A stretch of 40,861 bases of DNA from a virus (taxonomy: Duplodnaviria; Heunggongvirae; Uroviricota; Caudoviricetes): positions 131,297 through 172,157 of IMG/VR virus record IMGVR_UViG_3300042906_000857. One strand, written 5' to 3'. The stretch's first letter is position 1; each line of letters starts with the position of its first letter. The notes beneath the pieces are model-generated. The model ran no database searches. It saw only the letters and a list, made by a program, of their open reading frames with translations, and was not told where the DNA came from. Below, piece after piece: positions 9,070-18,534 of the stretch. A program made the translations under genes and the position numbers.

Positions 9070-10845
9070 TTAGAATCCAAAGTTTTTAGCTATCAATTGC
9101 CACTTTGTAGATATTGAATTGTATATGAATCCCATATAATCATATTTATTATTGGCGGAAGATACTGTAGGTAAAATCATGTCGGTTGATCCAGCGAATA
9201 CAGTATCCCACGAAAACGTTTGTACATTTGCGGATTGTAATCTGAGTATGATTTTTTGACCTTCTAATGGTGTACCGGAAGTTGCAACTGTTAGTGTACC
9301 GGCCAATTGTGTATTTGTTTGAATAACAATGTCTGATGTGTTTGCATTCATTGTTATTGTGGTTATATCAGCCACAGTGACAACTCTGACTACACCATTA
9401 CCGCTGGTGGTGTTCGCTTTAACAAAAGCCGCATTGGCCTGTACAAAGGATGCATTGGCTGTATCTCTAGCATACGTATCTGTACCAGCACCACCAGAAT
9501 TTGCTTGAGCATACGCCGCATTGGCTTGTATGAAAGCAGCATTGGCATATAACGCCGCTGAGTTCGCAATTTCCGGTGGTGTATTTGCTTGCAAGAACGC
9601 TGCATTGGCATATAACGATGCTGTTGCAGCATTGGATGTCGCAATATTTGCCTGAGCATATGCAGCATTTATATAAGATGAATCCCATGTTGGTGACAAA
9701 GCACTACTGGTAGATGCACCAACGTTAGTTACGGTTGAATTATAAGGTGAACTATCAGTTAGGAAACCAGCACCGTTGACGGTACCTAATAACAAACTGG
9801 TGCCAGAACCAGTACTTGTTAGTGGTGAGGTTGGTGGAGTAAATGTACTGGTATAAACTGCTGTACCGTTGATAACACGTAAATTGGAAATATAACCAGC
9901 CACCGTTTGGCCAATTTTAATCGTGCTAGTAGGCGTTGGTATATTCGATGAGTCTGTGAATGATGTTACAGGAAATGATCCAGGATTTGCTCCACTACCT
10001 AAAGATTGTTGAACTCCATTAACAAACAATCTGCAAGTGCTACCAGATCGAGTGAGTGCTACGTGCTTCCAAGAACCAATTGCGGATGTTTGTGTGATAT
10101 TACAACTCCATACAGAACCAACAGTTCCTGAATTGAGGGAAACTTGTAACTTGTTTCCAAATCCATCATTACCAAAACGTATATCAAGACTGGTACCTGT
10201 TCTTGCTTGTGAGTATATAAAACGATATGCATCACCTGCCGCAGTTAGATAAAACCAAGATTCTATCGTAAAATCACCTGTACCAAATGCAAACGCAGCA
10301 TTTACTGGTACTGTTAAAGACTGAGTACTACCATTAAATGAAACACTACCCGATTCTGGTGGAGTTAAAACAAGTGCTGAATTTGCCCGATCAAACGATG
10401 CGTTTGCCTGAGCATATGATGAGTTAGCATACGAACCAGATGTTACTGCCTTATCATCAGCTGTTGCCGAATTGGTTGTAGCCGTATTTGCTTGAGTGTA
10501 TGCCGCATTGGCATACGTGCCTGTCGTATTCTGTGAACTGTATGATGAATTGGCTTGTAAGAAGGATGCATTGGCTGTATCTCTAGCATACGTATCTGTA
10601 CCAGCACCACCAGAATTTGCTTGTATGAAGGCTGCATTGGCTTGCAAGAACGCAGCATTAGCATATGAACTGGCTGCTGTTGCACCTGAACCAGAATTGG
10701 CTGCAACAAACGCCGCATTAGCCTGTAAGAATGAAGCATTGGCATATGCCGCTGCCGAGTTTGCAGTACCATATGCTGAACCTACAAACGATGAAAAATC
10801 ATTTGATGAATCTAAGTTTGAAGGTTTTATTCTAATGAATGGCAT
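9070..10845 (-). CDS. Fibre-like protein: ANxA[FY] heptad shaft with inserted LamG/ConA-like domain and C-terminal beta domain
   Basis: YANAAFLQANAAF repeats; GSVSFNGS...FGTGDFTIESW...WKHVALTRSG...GYISNLRV (LamG-like); ends YDYMGFIYNSISTKWQLIAKNFGF. Confidence 0.8.
   Translation of the reverse strand: MPFIRIKPSNLDSSNDFSSFVGSAYGTANSAAAYANASFLQANAAFVAANSGSGATAASSYANAAFLQANAAFIQANSGGAGTDTYARDTANASFLQANSSYSSQNTTGTYANAAYTQANTATTNSATADDKAVTSGSYANSSYAQANASFDRANSALVLTPPESGSVSFNGSTQSLTVPVNAAFAFGTGDFTIESWFYLTAAGDAYRFIYSQARTGTSLDIRFGNDGFGNKLQVSLNSGTVGSVWSCNITQTSAIGSWKHVALTRSGSTCRLFVNGVQQSLGSGANPGSFPVTSFTDSSNIPTPTSTIKIGQTVAGYISNLRVINGTAVYTSTFTPPTSPLTSTGSGTSLLLGTVNGAGFLTDSSPYNSTVTNVGASTSSALSPTWDSSYINAAYAQANIATSNAATASLYANAAFLQANTPPEIANSAALYANAAFIQANAAYAQANSGGAGTDTYARDTANASFVQANAAFVKANTTSGNGVVRVVTVADITTITMNANTSDIVIQTNTQLAGTLTVATSGTPLEGQKIILRLQSANVQTFSWDTVFAGSTDMILPTVSSANNKYDYMGFIYNSISTKWQLIAKNFGF
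9446..9507. repeat. 62-bp perfect direct repeat, copy 1 (copy 2 at 10562-10623)
   Basis: aaggatgcattggctgtatctctagcatacgtatctgtaccagcaccaccagaatttgcttg at both positions. Confidence 0.9.
10562..10623. repeat. 62-bp perfect direct repeat, copy 2
   Basis: Identical to 9446-9507; offset 1116 bp (in frame). Confidence 0.9.
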
Positions 10846-10849
10846 GGTT

Positions 10850-10856
10850 TATTTAT
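10850..10856 (-). promoter_or_regulatory. T4-like late promoter motif ATAAATA
   Basis: Intergenic tatttat on + strand; only 4 nt from the ATG at 10845, which is unusually close. Confidence 0.45.
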
Positions 10857-10857
10857 T

Positions 10858-11211
10858 CTATTCTGGTGTGATTTCTATCCAAGATAATGTTTCTTCATTC
10901 CAATACCACGCACCGGTCGTAGGCATTGCAACAGGAGCATCCCATAAACATGTATCTTCATTTAATGTCCAACTTGCAAAAGGTTGTGGTGGAATAAATG
11001 CATCACGAACTGAATCGTATGTGTATCCGATACCTGCATAATTCTTTCGCAATGGTGTGCCACCTAATTTGTGTTGGCCACCGTATGTATTGTAACTTGT
11101 TTGTATAAAAGAACTTGGTTCACCAAACAAACCAGAATTCACAACGTCTTGTTCTATTACAAGAACTTGTGTTACAATATTATTTCCATTTATTTGTGCA
11201 AAATGTGCCAT
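10858..11211 (-). CDS. Phage hypothetical protein (MAHFAQ... type), likely partner of the upstream Gly-rich protein
   Basis: 117-aa ORF with QTSYN, RKNYAGIGYTYD..RDAFIPPQPFASWTLNEDTCLW motifs recognised from aquatic phage tail regions; RBS-like AGGA upstream. Confidence 0.8.
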   Translation of the reverse strand: MAHFAQINGNNIVTQVLVIEQDVVNSGLFGEPSSFIQTSYNTYGGQHKLGGTPLRKNYAGIGYTYDSVRDAFIPPQPFASWTLNEDTCLWDAPVAMPTTGAWYWNEETLSWIEITPE

Positions 11212-11232
11212 TTTTTTATCCTATCTCATTCT

Positions 11233-12801
11233 TTAAAAAGTTATACTGCCTGAGCTTGTGAACTTATATATTCTATATCCACCAAGAGTTGTCGTTGTGG
11301 GACTTCCAGTAGTTGGTAAAAATGCAAATGAATCTGGATGCCTAATAATTACAACGCCAGAACCACCGGCAGTACTACTACCACCATTGCCGCCTGCACC
11401 ACCGCCAGTATTAACAGTACCCGATGCGAGTGAATTACCACCTCCGCCAAGGCCGCCTGTACCAACGTTGCTGCCCAATCCTGCACATTGCGTACCTGCA
11501 CCGCCGCCTGCATAGTATGTAGATGACCCTGATATAGTATATGCAAGACCAACACCACCGTTACCTGCTCTACCACTAGAACTCGCAGCTGCAGATTGAC
11601 CGACTGCACCAGCGCCACCGCCGCCACCAGCACCATTGCTGGTACTACCTGCACCACCGGCATTTCCTTGTCCTGCTGTACCACTTCCTGCTGAACTCAT
11701 AGGAGCTCCAATAGCATCTGCGCCGCCGCCACCAGAACCACCAGTAAAACCAGCAGGTCCTGCATCTCTACCTGCACCGCCGCCGCCGCCAATACTAATT
11801 AATGTAGTAAAAGTTGTTGTTGTGAATGGATTTAATGCATTACTCGTTGCAGTACCAACGTTAGTTACTGTAAAATTGTTTGTAGAACTATCAGTTAAAA
11901 AAGTTGTTCCTGCAACTGTGTTTAACAATAATGATGTTCCCGAAATTGCAGTTAATGGAACAGTACTTGGTGTAAAATTACTTGTATAAACTGCTGTACC
12001 TTTGACAACACGTAGATTTGATATATAACCTGCAAGATAATTAGTACTGTTGCCACGCCCTCGTCCTATTCTTGAAGTACCGCCACCCGCTAAGTTTAAA
12101 CTTATTGTTTGTGATGTAATCAGTACACCATTTAAGTATATTTTAAAAGTACCGGCTGATCTTACAAAGGCTATATGCGACCATGTATTCAATGGTACAA
12201 TTGGTCCAGTGCTAAACAAGTAATCTGTTGCACCAACAGAAAAATATAATCTACCTGTAGAAGGATATGTACCAAAAGCATAACTTGCTGCACCGCCGGC
12301 CTCTGAAGCATCATTTGAAATGAAGATTTGATTTGCATCAGTATAGTTGTTTAGATTTAACCATGTTTCAACAGTAAAATCTCCTGTACTCAAATTAAGA
12401 GCAGCATTAGATGTGACACTCAAATATTGACTACTGCCATTAAATGATACGCTGCCTGTTCCTGTTCCAAATGATGTATTACTTCCTGATGCAGAAGATA
12501 AGGCACCACTAGTAGAGCCAGCGCCGCCGGCACCAATAGAAACAACATAAGTTGTTTTTGAAGGAATGGATTGTGCAGTAAAGTATCGTAAACCACCTGC
12601 GCCACCTCCACCGCCACCGTTGTTACCTCCGCCACCACCGCCTGCAACTGCAAGCATATCCACGGTATCCGGCGAAAGACCTGGCCAAGAACTTGATGTT
12701 AAAGATTCATATGCAGCAACAATGTGATTCATACCAGAGGTTGAATTCACAGATACTAAATTTTGAGGACCAATTAGGCCTTTGTTGCCCCGTGTACGCA
12801 T
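11233..12801 (-). CDS. Glycine-rich adhesin-like protein with inserted LamG/ConA-like domain
   Basis: AVAGGGGGG..GGGGGAGG, YYAGGG, GSGVVIIR, YKFTSSGSITF; LamG-like segment at about 11827-12456. Confidence 0.8.
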   Translation of the reverse strand: MRTRGNKGLIGPQNLVSVNSTSGMNHIVAAYESLTSSSWPGLSPDTVDMLAVAGGGGGGNNGGGGGGAGGLRYFTAQSIPSKTTYVVSIGAGGAGSTSGALSSASGSNTSFGTGTGSVSFNGSSQYLSVTSNAALNLSTGDFTVETWLNLNNYTDANQIFISNDASEAGGAASYAFGTYPSTGRLYFSVGATDYLFSTGPIVPLNTWSHIAFVRSAGTFKIYLNGVLITSQTISLNLAGGGTSRIGRGRGNSTNYLAGYISNLRVVKGTAVYTSNFTPSTVPLTAISGTSLLLNTVAGTTFLTDSSTNNFTVTNVGTATSNALNPFTTTTFTTLISIGGGGGAGRDAGPAGFTGGSGGGGADAIGAPMSSAGSGTAGQGNAGGAGSTSNGAGGGGGAGAVGQSAAASSSGRAGNGGVGLAYTISGSSTYYAGGGAGTQCAGLGSNVGTGGLGGGGNSLASGTVNTGGGAGGNGGSSTAGGSGVVIIRHPDSFAFLPTTGSPTTTTLGGYRIYKFTSSGSITF

Positions 12802-12802
12802 T

Positions 12803-13162
12803 TTAACTTATAACTTCATAAGAAGAAACTAGGTGTATTGCTGAGTTTCCTGATGCACTTGTTTGGAGAGAATCACCTTCTTCCATATAAATTGCGGTAT
12901 CTTTACCCATAACAACTAGTGTTGAATTACCTGGAACAGACATTGTTCCTGCCATGTAAAATGCACCAACGCCATTTCTGTTTAGTGATACATTTGCAGT
13001 AACCACTGTTGAACCATAGTTTGAAAGAATGATATCATTTAATTTATATACTTCACCACTACCAATTGCATTTGTTATGACGTTGGCTGTTACTGTGGTT
13101 ACGTTAGCTAAATTTGTTTTTGCTGTAATTGTTGTTACGTTTACGATATTCGGTGCTGCCAT
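12803..13162 (-). CDS. Small beta-rich virion adaptor-like protein (119 aa)
   Basis: Start moved to ATG 13162 (MAAPNIVNV), which has GGAGGA at 13167-13172; similar in size and pattern to 14900-15229 and 18535-18861. Confidence 0.8.
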   Translation of the reverse strand: MAAPNIVNVTTITAKTNLANVTTVTANVITNAIGSGEVYKLNDIILSNYGSTVVTANVSLNRNGVGAFYMAGTMSVPGNSTLVVMGKDTAIYMEEGDSLQTSASGNSAIHLVSSYEVIS

Positions 13163-13163
13163 T

Positions 13164-14024
13164 TTATCCTCCAAATACTATTGCCATCGCAATAGATTTT
13201 CCTGTTGTTACGCCGCCTGATGTGGTAACACTACCGCCAGCGCCAGTAAATTTCTTAACCAAGATATAATCATTTAATGCAGGTGCCTCAGACAATGTAA
13301 TTATATTATTTGAACCTACAACGGTGTATGCCACATTTGGTTGCATGATACCGTTAATCGCAACAATTATACTGTTAGCATAAACATTCGATGATAGTGT
13401 GAATTGTGTTGTTGAACCGTTACCAATATATATGTCATCAACGATTGCGGTGTTTGCAGCGGGAGTACCGCCACCACCAGTATTTGCTTGAGCAAACGCA
13501 GCGTTAGCCTGAATGAAGGCTGCATTAGCATATAACAATGCTGCGTTTGCTACACCATATGCAGAGTTAGCATAAGAACCAGATGTGACTGCTTTACCAT
13601 CTGCTGTTGCAGCATTAGTAGTTGCAGTATTTGCTTGTGTGTATGATGAATTGGCATATGAACCTGCTGTGACTGCTTTACCATCTGCTGTTGCAGCATT
13701 AGTAGTTGCAGTATTTGCTTGTGTGTATGCAGAGTTAGCATATGTACCAGTTGTATTCTGTGATTCGTATGCCGAGTTTGCCTTTAGGAAAGCAGAATTG
13801 GCATATGAACTGGCCGCTGTTGCACCTGAACCTGAGTTTGCAACAGCGAAGGCCGCATTTGCCTGTATGAAGGCACCATTAGCATAGATTGCTGCTGATG
13901 TGGTATTCGCAGTTGAAATTGGTTGAGCTACTCTTTTCCAAGCATTATTTACGGAACTATAAACGTAAGTAATTCCATTTACAACCGCTGTTGCATTATT
14001 TGCTGGAGATACTGGAAAAGCCAT
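13164..14024 (-). CDS. Short fibre/connector protein: FPxSP N-terminus, heptad repeats, NGxxQ domain, hydrophobic C-terminal tail
   Basis: MAFPVSP...; YANSAYTQANTATTNAATADGKAVT repeats; GNGSTTQFTL...INGIMQ...AP; ends TTGKSIAMAIVFGG. Confidence 0.8.
   Translation of the reverse strand: MAFPVSPANNATAVVNGITYVYSSVNNAWKRVAQPISTANTTSAAIYANGAFIQANAAFAVANSGSGATAASSYANSAFLKANSAYESQNTTGTYANSAYTQANTATTNAATADGKAVTAGSYANSSYTQANTATTNAATADGKAVTSGSYANSAYGVANAALLYANAAFIQANAAFAQANTGGGGTPAANTAIVDDIYIGNGSTTQFTLSSNVYANSIIVAINGIMQPNVAYTVVGSNNIITLSEAPALNDYILVKKFTGAGGSVTTSGGVTTGKSIAMAIVFGG
13584..13729. repeat. 84-bp-period tandem coding repeat (62 bp identical core)
   Basis: 13584-13645 identical to 13668-13729. 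Confidence 0.85.
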
Positions 14025-14036
14025 GTTTGTTTACTT

Positions 14037-14900
14037 TTAAAATGTTATGGAACCTGAACTGGTCCACTTATATATTCTAAATCCACCAGACACCGTAATT
14101 GTTGGTGAACCTGTAGTATTTGCCGCAGCTGGATAATTGTCTGGATATTTAAATATGCATATACCACTTGAACCCGAACCTGATGCACCGGGCGATCCGC
14201 CATATCTGCCTGCACCACCGGATCCAGTATTTACTACAGCATTACCTCCTGGAGCGTTTCCGCCAACACCAGAACCACCGGTACCATCTACCCCACCAGA
14301 ATAATTGTTTCCACCACCGCCACCAGCATAAAATTGAGAAGTTCCTGATATACCATAAGACAAACCTATGCCACCGTTACTACCTGATGCTGCGCCTCCT
14401 GCACCACCGCCACCACCGCCGGTGTCGGTACCTAAACTGGCACCGGCATTACCGAAACCGTACAAACCACTTTCTCCGGATTGTAGTGGTTGTATACCAG
14501 CACCTCCAACTGATCCACTACTTGCTCCACCGCCTGAACCTCCAGGTAATCCATTGGTAACAAATGTTGGACCTTTAGTTACGCCACCTCCATATAATGC
14601 AGTCAATGACATACCAACACCAACAACTGTTGTATTTGCTCCTGGATTTGATGTAACTTGTCCACCACCAGCACCACCAGCACCAATTGTTATAACATAT
14701 TGTGTATTTGCTTGCATTGATCTAGCTTGACGATAAATTAATCCACCAGCACCGCCGCCTGGACTGCCGCCATTGCCGGAGGAACATCCGCTGGCGCCGC
14801 CGGCAACTATTAGATAGTCCACAAACACTTGTAGAAACAAAGGTAAATTTCTATTGTTATAGTTTTTTACCTTTGGAACAGTATAGGTCCTAACGGTCAT
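14037..14900 (-). CDS. Glycine-rich adhesin-like protein, paralog of 11233-12801 without the LamG insert
   Basis: VDYLIVAGG...FYAGGGGG...YKWTSSGSITF; TAATG overlap with upstream gene. Confidence 0.8.
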   Translation of the reverse strand: MTVRTYTVPKVKNYNNRNLPLFLQVFVDYLIVAGGASGCSSGNGGSPGGGAGGLIYRQARSMQANTQYVITIGAGGAGGGQVTSNPGANTTVVGVGMSLTALYGGGVTKGPTFVTNGLPGGSGGGASSGSVGGAGIQPLQSGESGLYGFGNAGASLGTDTGGGGGGAGGAASGSNGGIGLSYGISGTSQFYAGGGGGNNYSGGVDGTGGSGVGGNAPGGNAVVNTGSGGAGRYGGSPGASGSGSSGICIFKYPDNYPAAANTTGSPTITVSGGFRIYKWTSSGSITF

Positions 14901-15229
14901 TAATAAACCTCAGTCCCAAATGCTGAAAATGCTATATTTCCGGTTGAAGAATATACAGTTAAAACATCCGTATTACCTAATGACATACCTAAAGTTAAGG
15001 CAATTGAATCTGAACCTGCAAGCGGAGTATCAAATGCAATGTAATGACTGTTTGCTAATGCTGCACCAGCTGGTCTAACAGCAACTCTAAAAAAACCATT
15101 ACTCGTATTTAAATTGCAAATGTTTAAAGTTGATATGACAGCACTGTTACTTGCCGGCACCGTATATAAAGATGTTGCTGTCTGTGCTGCTGGATAACTT
15201 TGTCCTAAAACTTTTAATAGGTTTGCCAT
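14900..15229 (-). CDS. Small beta-rich virion adaptor-like protein (109 aa)
   Basis: MANLLKVLGQ..LYTVPA..ISTLNICN...DVLTV...FSAFGTEV. Confidence 0.8.
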   Translation of the reverse strand: MANLLKVLGQSYPAAQTATSLYTVPASNSAVISTLNICNLNTSNGFFRVAVRPAGAALANSHYIAFDTPLAGSDSIALTLGMSLGNTDVLTVYSSTGNIAFSAFGTEVY

Positions 15230-15230
15230 T

Positions 15231-18200
15231 TTAAATTCCTGATGTTAAAAATACTATCGACCAATCAGTTGCACCTGATGATGTTGAGATAGTTGGTGTA
15301 CTCTGTGAAGATAGTGCCGATGAGGTTATGTCAATCCAAACATTAGATGACCCATCATTTATATATTCAAATAAAACATCATCGGTTAAAGAGTACCATT
15401 GGTCACCAACAGTTGGTGAACCTGGTGAATTATTGGATGCGGTAAATGTTATACCACCAGATGCATTGGCTGCCGCAAAGGCCGCATTTGCAGTTATGTA
15501 TGCTGAGTTCGCATAAGAACCAGCCGTTACCGCTTTTGAATCTGCCGTAGCAGCGTTCGTTACACCAGTATTTGCCTGAGTATATGCATTGGTGGTGTAT
15601 GTAATTACATCGTAACCATTTACTATTGCATAATTACTAATTAAATTACCTTTGAATACGTTACCATATACATTGGAATATGCAAAACTTGGATGTGCAA
15701 TATTAATTAGATTATTCGATTCAACTTCTGGTGTATAATCTTGGAAGAATATCCATTCTTTTCTATTTGGATCACGTATAATACCAGTATGTGCATTGCC
15801 AGCATTGTTGTAATGTCCAATGATACCAATGTCAACCACATCACTTGTATAATTATTATTGGCTAGATATATTAATGAATCACCAACTTCTAATTGTGAT
15901 GTGGTAATTGTTGTAGAATTACCAAGAATTGATAGGTTACCTTGTACAACCAAGTCTGTCGATATGGTTAACGAACCTGTGATTGTTCCACCAGTTTTTG
16001 GTAGTGCGTTGTTTGCTACAGTGAAGGCTGCATTAGCATAACTTCCTGCTGAATTAGCAAACGCAAAGGCCGCATTGGCATATGTGCCAGTCGTATTTTG
16101 ACTATTGTACGCACCATTGGCCTGCAAGAAGGCACCATTGGCATATAATGCTGCTGAGTTTGCAACACCATATGCAGAGTTGGCATATGATCCGGATGTT
16201 ACTGCCTTATCATCAGCTGTTGCGGCATTAGTAGTTGCAGTATTTGCCTGAGTGTATGCACTATTAGCATAAGAACCAGCCGTAACCGCTTTACCGTCTG
16301 CTGTATTAGCTGCGGTGTACGCAGCATTAGCATATGTACCAGTCGTATTCTGTGAACCATATGATGAGTTTGCTTTTAGGAACGCAGCATTAGCAGTGTC
16401 TCTGGCATACGTATCAGAAGATGCACTGCCACCAACAAGTGATAGTGTAGTGATATCAATCACAGCATTACTTGCAGGTGTTCCTGTTGTTGTAACTACC
16501 GAACTCACAACGTTGTAAGAAGTGTGTAGTTGTAGAATACCATTGATGTTAACTATAACATTGTTTGCATCTACAGGTGTTGTTGATAGTGTAAATGTAT
16601 TTGAAGAACCGTTGGCAACAAACGTATCATTAATGATAGTTAAAGTACCTGAAACGGTTGAAATAGTAATAACATCAATCTTAGCATTGCTTGTTGGTAC
16701 TGCTGACGTTACAATCGTATTGGTTATTACATTGTATGCATTTTTTAATTGAATAACACCATCAATATTAACTATAACATTGTTTGCATTTTCTGGAGTT
16801 ACGGACAATACGAATGTATTTGAAACACCATTAGCAGTAAACGAATCATATTTTACCGATACTGTTCCTGTTATTGTGGTAATGTCAACTTTGGCATTAC
16901 TTGCAGGTGTTCCTGATGTAGTAACTATTGAACTTGCGAGATTAAAAGAACTTATTAACTGCATAACACCATCAATGTTGACGATGATGTTGTTTGCTGA
17001 TGCAGGAACTACTGATAGAGTAAATGTATTTGAAGAACCATTGGCCGTGAATACATCATTGGTAATTACTAACGAACCTGAACCTGAATTGGCCAAGTCA
17101 TACGCAGCATTTGCTCGTAAGAATGCCGCATTGGCAGTACTTCTAGCGTATGCATCTGCACTTGAACCACCAGTATTTGCCGCAGTAAATGCCGCATTAG
17201 CTTGGATGAATGCTGCATTGGCATATGACGATGAAGAATTTGCAACACCGTATGCGGAGTTAGCATAAGAACCTGCCGTAACCGCCTTACCGTCAGCCGT
17301 ATTTGCTGCGGTGTATGCAGAGTTAGCATAAGAACCGGCAGCTGTGGAATCGGTTGCGGCAGTATTTGCTTGTGTATATGCCGAATTGGCATAACTACCA
17401 GCTGTTACCGCTTTCGAGTCTGCTGTTGCAGCATTAGTAGTTGCGGTATTTGCCTGAGTGTATGCCGAATTGGCATATGTACCTGCTGTGACTGCCTTAC
17501 CATCTGCTACCGAAGCGGCATTGGTTGCTGTCGTTGCATTAGTAGAAGCAATGTTTGCTACACTGAAAGCAGAATTTGCATATGAACCAGATGTTACTGC
17601 TTTACCATCTGCTGTATTGGCAGCAGTGTATGCTGAGTTAGCATAACTTCCTGATGTTACTGCCTTACCGTCAGCAGTGTTTGCTGCTGTGTATGCTGAG
17701 TTAGCATATGTGCCAGTTGTATTTTGAGAACCATATGCCGAGTTTGCCTTTAAGAAAGCAGAATTGGCATATGAACTGGCAGCTATCGCATTGAATTCTG
17801 AATTGGCCATCGCATAGGCCGCATTGGCGTGCAAGAACGCAGCATTAGCATATGATGATGCAGTTCCACCAACATCAAGTGCATTGTTGGCCACATTAAA
17901 TGCGGCATTAGCATATAGACCTGATGTATTCTGTGAATCATAAGCAGAGTTTGCTTTCAGGAATGCAGAATTAGCATAAGAACTGGCTGCTGTTGCACCT
18001 GAACCGGAGTTAGCAGCAGTAAACGCAGCATTAGCCTGTAAGAACGCCGAGTTGGCGTATGAACCAGCCGAATTGGCAAAGTCTCTTGCAACACCGTCAG
18101 TAGATGTACCACCAGATAATGAATTAGCAAGTGAGAAGGCCGCATTGGCCTGTATAAATGAAGCATTGGCCTGTGCAAATACTCCAGCAACATTAGAAGA

Positions 18201-18533
18201 AACTAGAGGTAGTTCTCTAATTTGTATATCTACTCCCGCTGCCGGTGCAGTGACAAACGTTAAGGTTGTACTGGATATATTGTAGTCGGTTATTGGTCTT
18301 TGTACGATACCATTCTCAGCAACAATCACTGTATTGGCCGTGGTGCCAATAGTTACAGTGAACGTGTTTGCAGTACCGTTACCTGTGTATGCTCTATACA
18401 CAGCAGGTGTTGAAATTCCACTTGTATTTGCTGCATCAAAGGCCGCATTAGCCTGGATGAATGCCGCATTGGCGTAAGAACCTGATATTCTTACGTCTTT
18501 GTTTTCCTGATTGCCAATATAGGAGAACTTCAT
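15231..18533 (-). CDS. 1100-aa multi-module fibre/hub protein
   Basis: SYIGN N-terminus; four [ND]GxxQ domains; long YANSAY heptad tracts; DxLIYLA..DIG..GHY domain; SPxxGDQW...W module; hydrophobic tail IVFLTSGI. Confidence 0.85.
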   Translation of the reverse strand: MKFSYIGNQENKDVRISGSYANAAFIQANAAFDAANTSGISTPAVYRAYTGNGTANTFTVTIGTTANTVIVAENGIVQRPITDYNISSTTLTFVTAPAAGVDIQIRELPLVSSNVAGVFAQANASFIQANAAFSLANSLSGGTSTDGVARDFANSAGSYANSAFLQANAAFTAANSGSGATAASSYANSAFLKANSAYDSQNTSGLYANAAFNVANNALDVGGTASSYANAAFLHANAAYAMANSEFNAIAASSYANSAFLKANSAYGSQNTTGTYANSAYTAANTADGKAVTSGSYANSAYTAANTADGKAVTSGSYANSAFSVANIASTNATTATNAASVADGKAVTAGTYANSAYTQANTATTNAATADSKAVTAGSYANSAYTQANTAATDSTAAGSYANSAYTAANTADGKAVTAGSYANSAYGVANSSSSYANAAFIQANAAFTAANTGGSSADAYARSTANAAFLRANAAYDLANSGSGSLVITNDVFTANGSSNTFTLSVVPASANNIIVNIDGVMQLISSFNLASSIVTTSGTPASNAKVDITTITGTVSVKYDSFTANGVSNTFVLSVTPENANNVIVNIDGVIQLKNAYNVITNTIVTSAVPTSNAKIDVITISTVSGTLTIINDTFVANGSSNTFTLSTTPVDANNVIVNINGILQLHTSYNVVSSVVTTTGTPASNAVIDITTLSLVGGSASSDTYARDTANAAFLKANSSYGSQNTTGTYANAAYTAANTADGKAVTAGSYANSAYTQANTATTNAATADDKAVTSGSYANSAYGVANSAALYANGAFLQANGAYNSQNTTGTYANAAFAFANSAGSYANAAFTVANNALPKTGGTITGSLTISTDLVVQGNLSILGNSTTITTSQLEVGDSLIYLANNNYTSDVVDIGIIGHYNNAGNAHTGIIRDPNRKEWIFFQDYTPEVESNNLINIAHPSFAYSNVYGNVFKGNLISNYAIVNGYDVITYTTNAYTQANTGVTNAATADSKAVTAGSYANSAYITANAAFAAANASGGITFTASNNSPGSPTVGDQWYSLTDDVLFEYINDGSSNVWIDITSSALSSQSTPTISTSSGATDWSIVFLTSGI
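16441..17073 (-). repeat. Three tandem ~70-aa domains (DxFxANGxSNTFxLS..P..ANNxIVNI[DN]GxxQL)
   Basis: Directly visible in the translation of 15231-18533. Confidence 0.85.
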
Positions 18534-18534
18534 G

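Noticed and set aside
10849-10860. TAG followed closely by in-frame TAA, suggesting stop-codon recoding
   Set aside because: All genes are intact under the standard code and no ORF is fragmented by TAG or TGA
13163-13174. Track start of the 123-aa ORF at 13174
   Set aside because: It is a TTG overlapping the upstream gene; ATG 13162 has a well-spaced GGAGGA
17220-17780. Periodic 63/84-bp repeats as a CRISPR-like array
   Set aside because: The repeats are degenerate at wobble positions, in frame within a long ORF, and lack unique spacers
9070-18533. Repeats as a diversity-generating retroelement TR/VR pair
   Set aside because: No reverse transcriptase or non-coding template in the window; differences look mostly synonymous rather than adenine-specific
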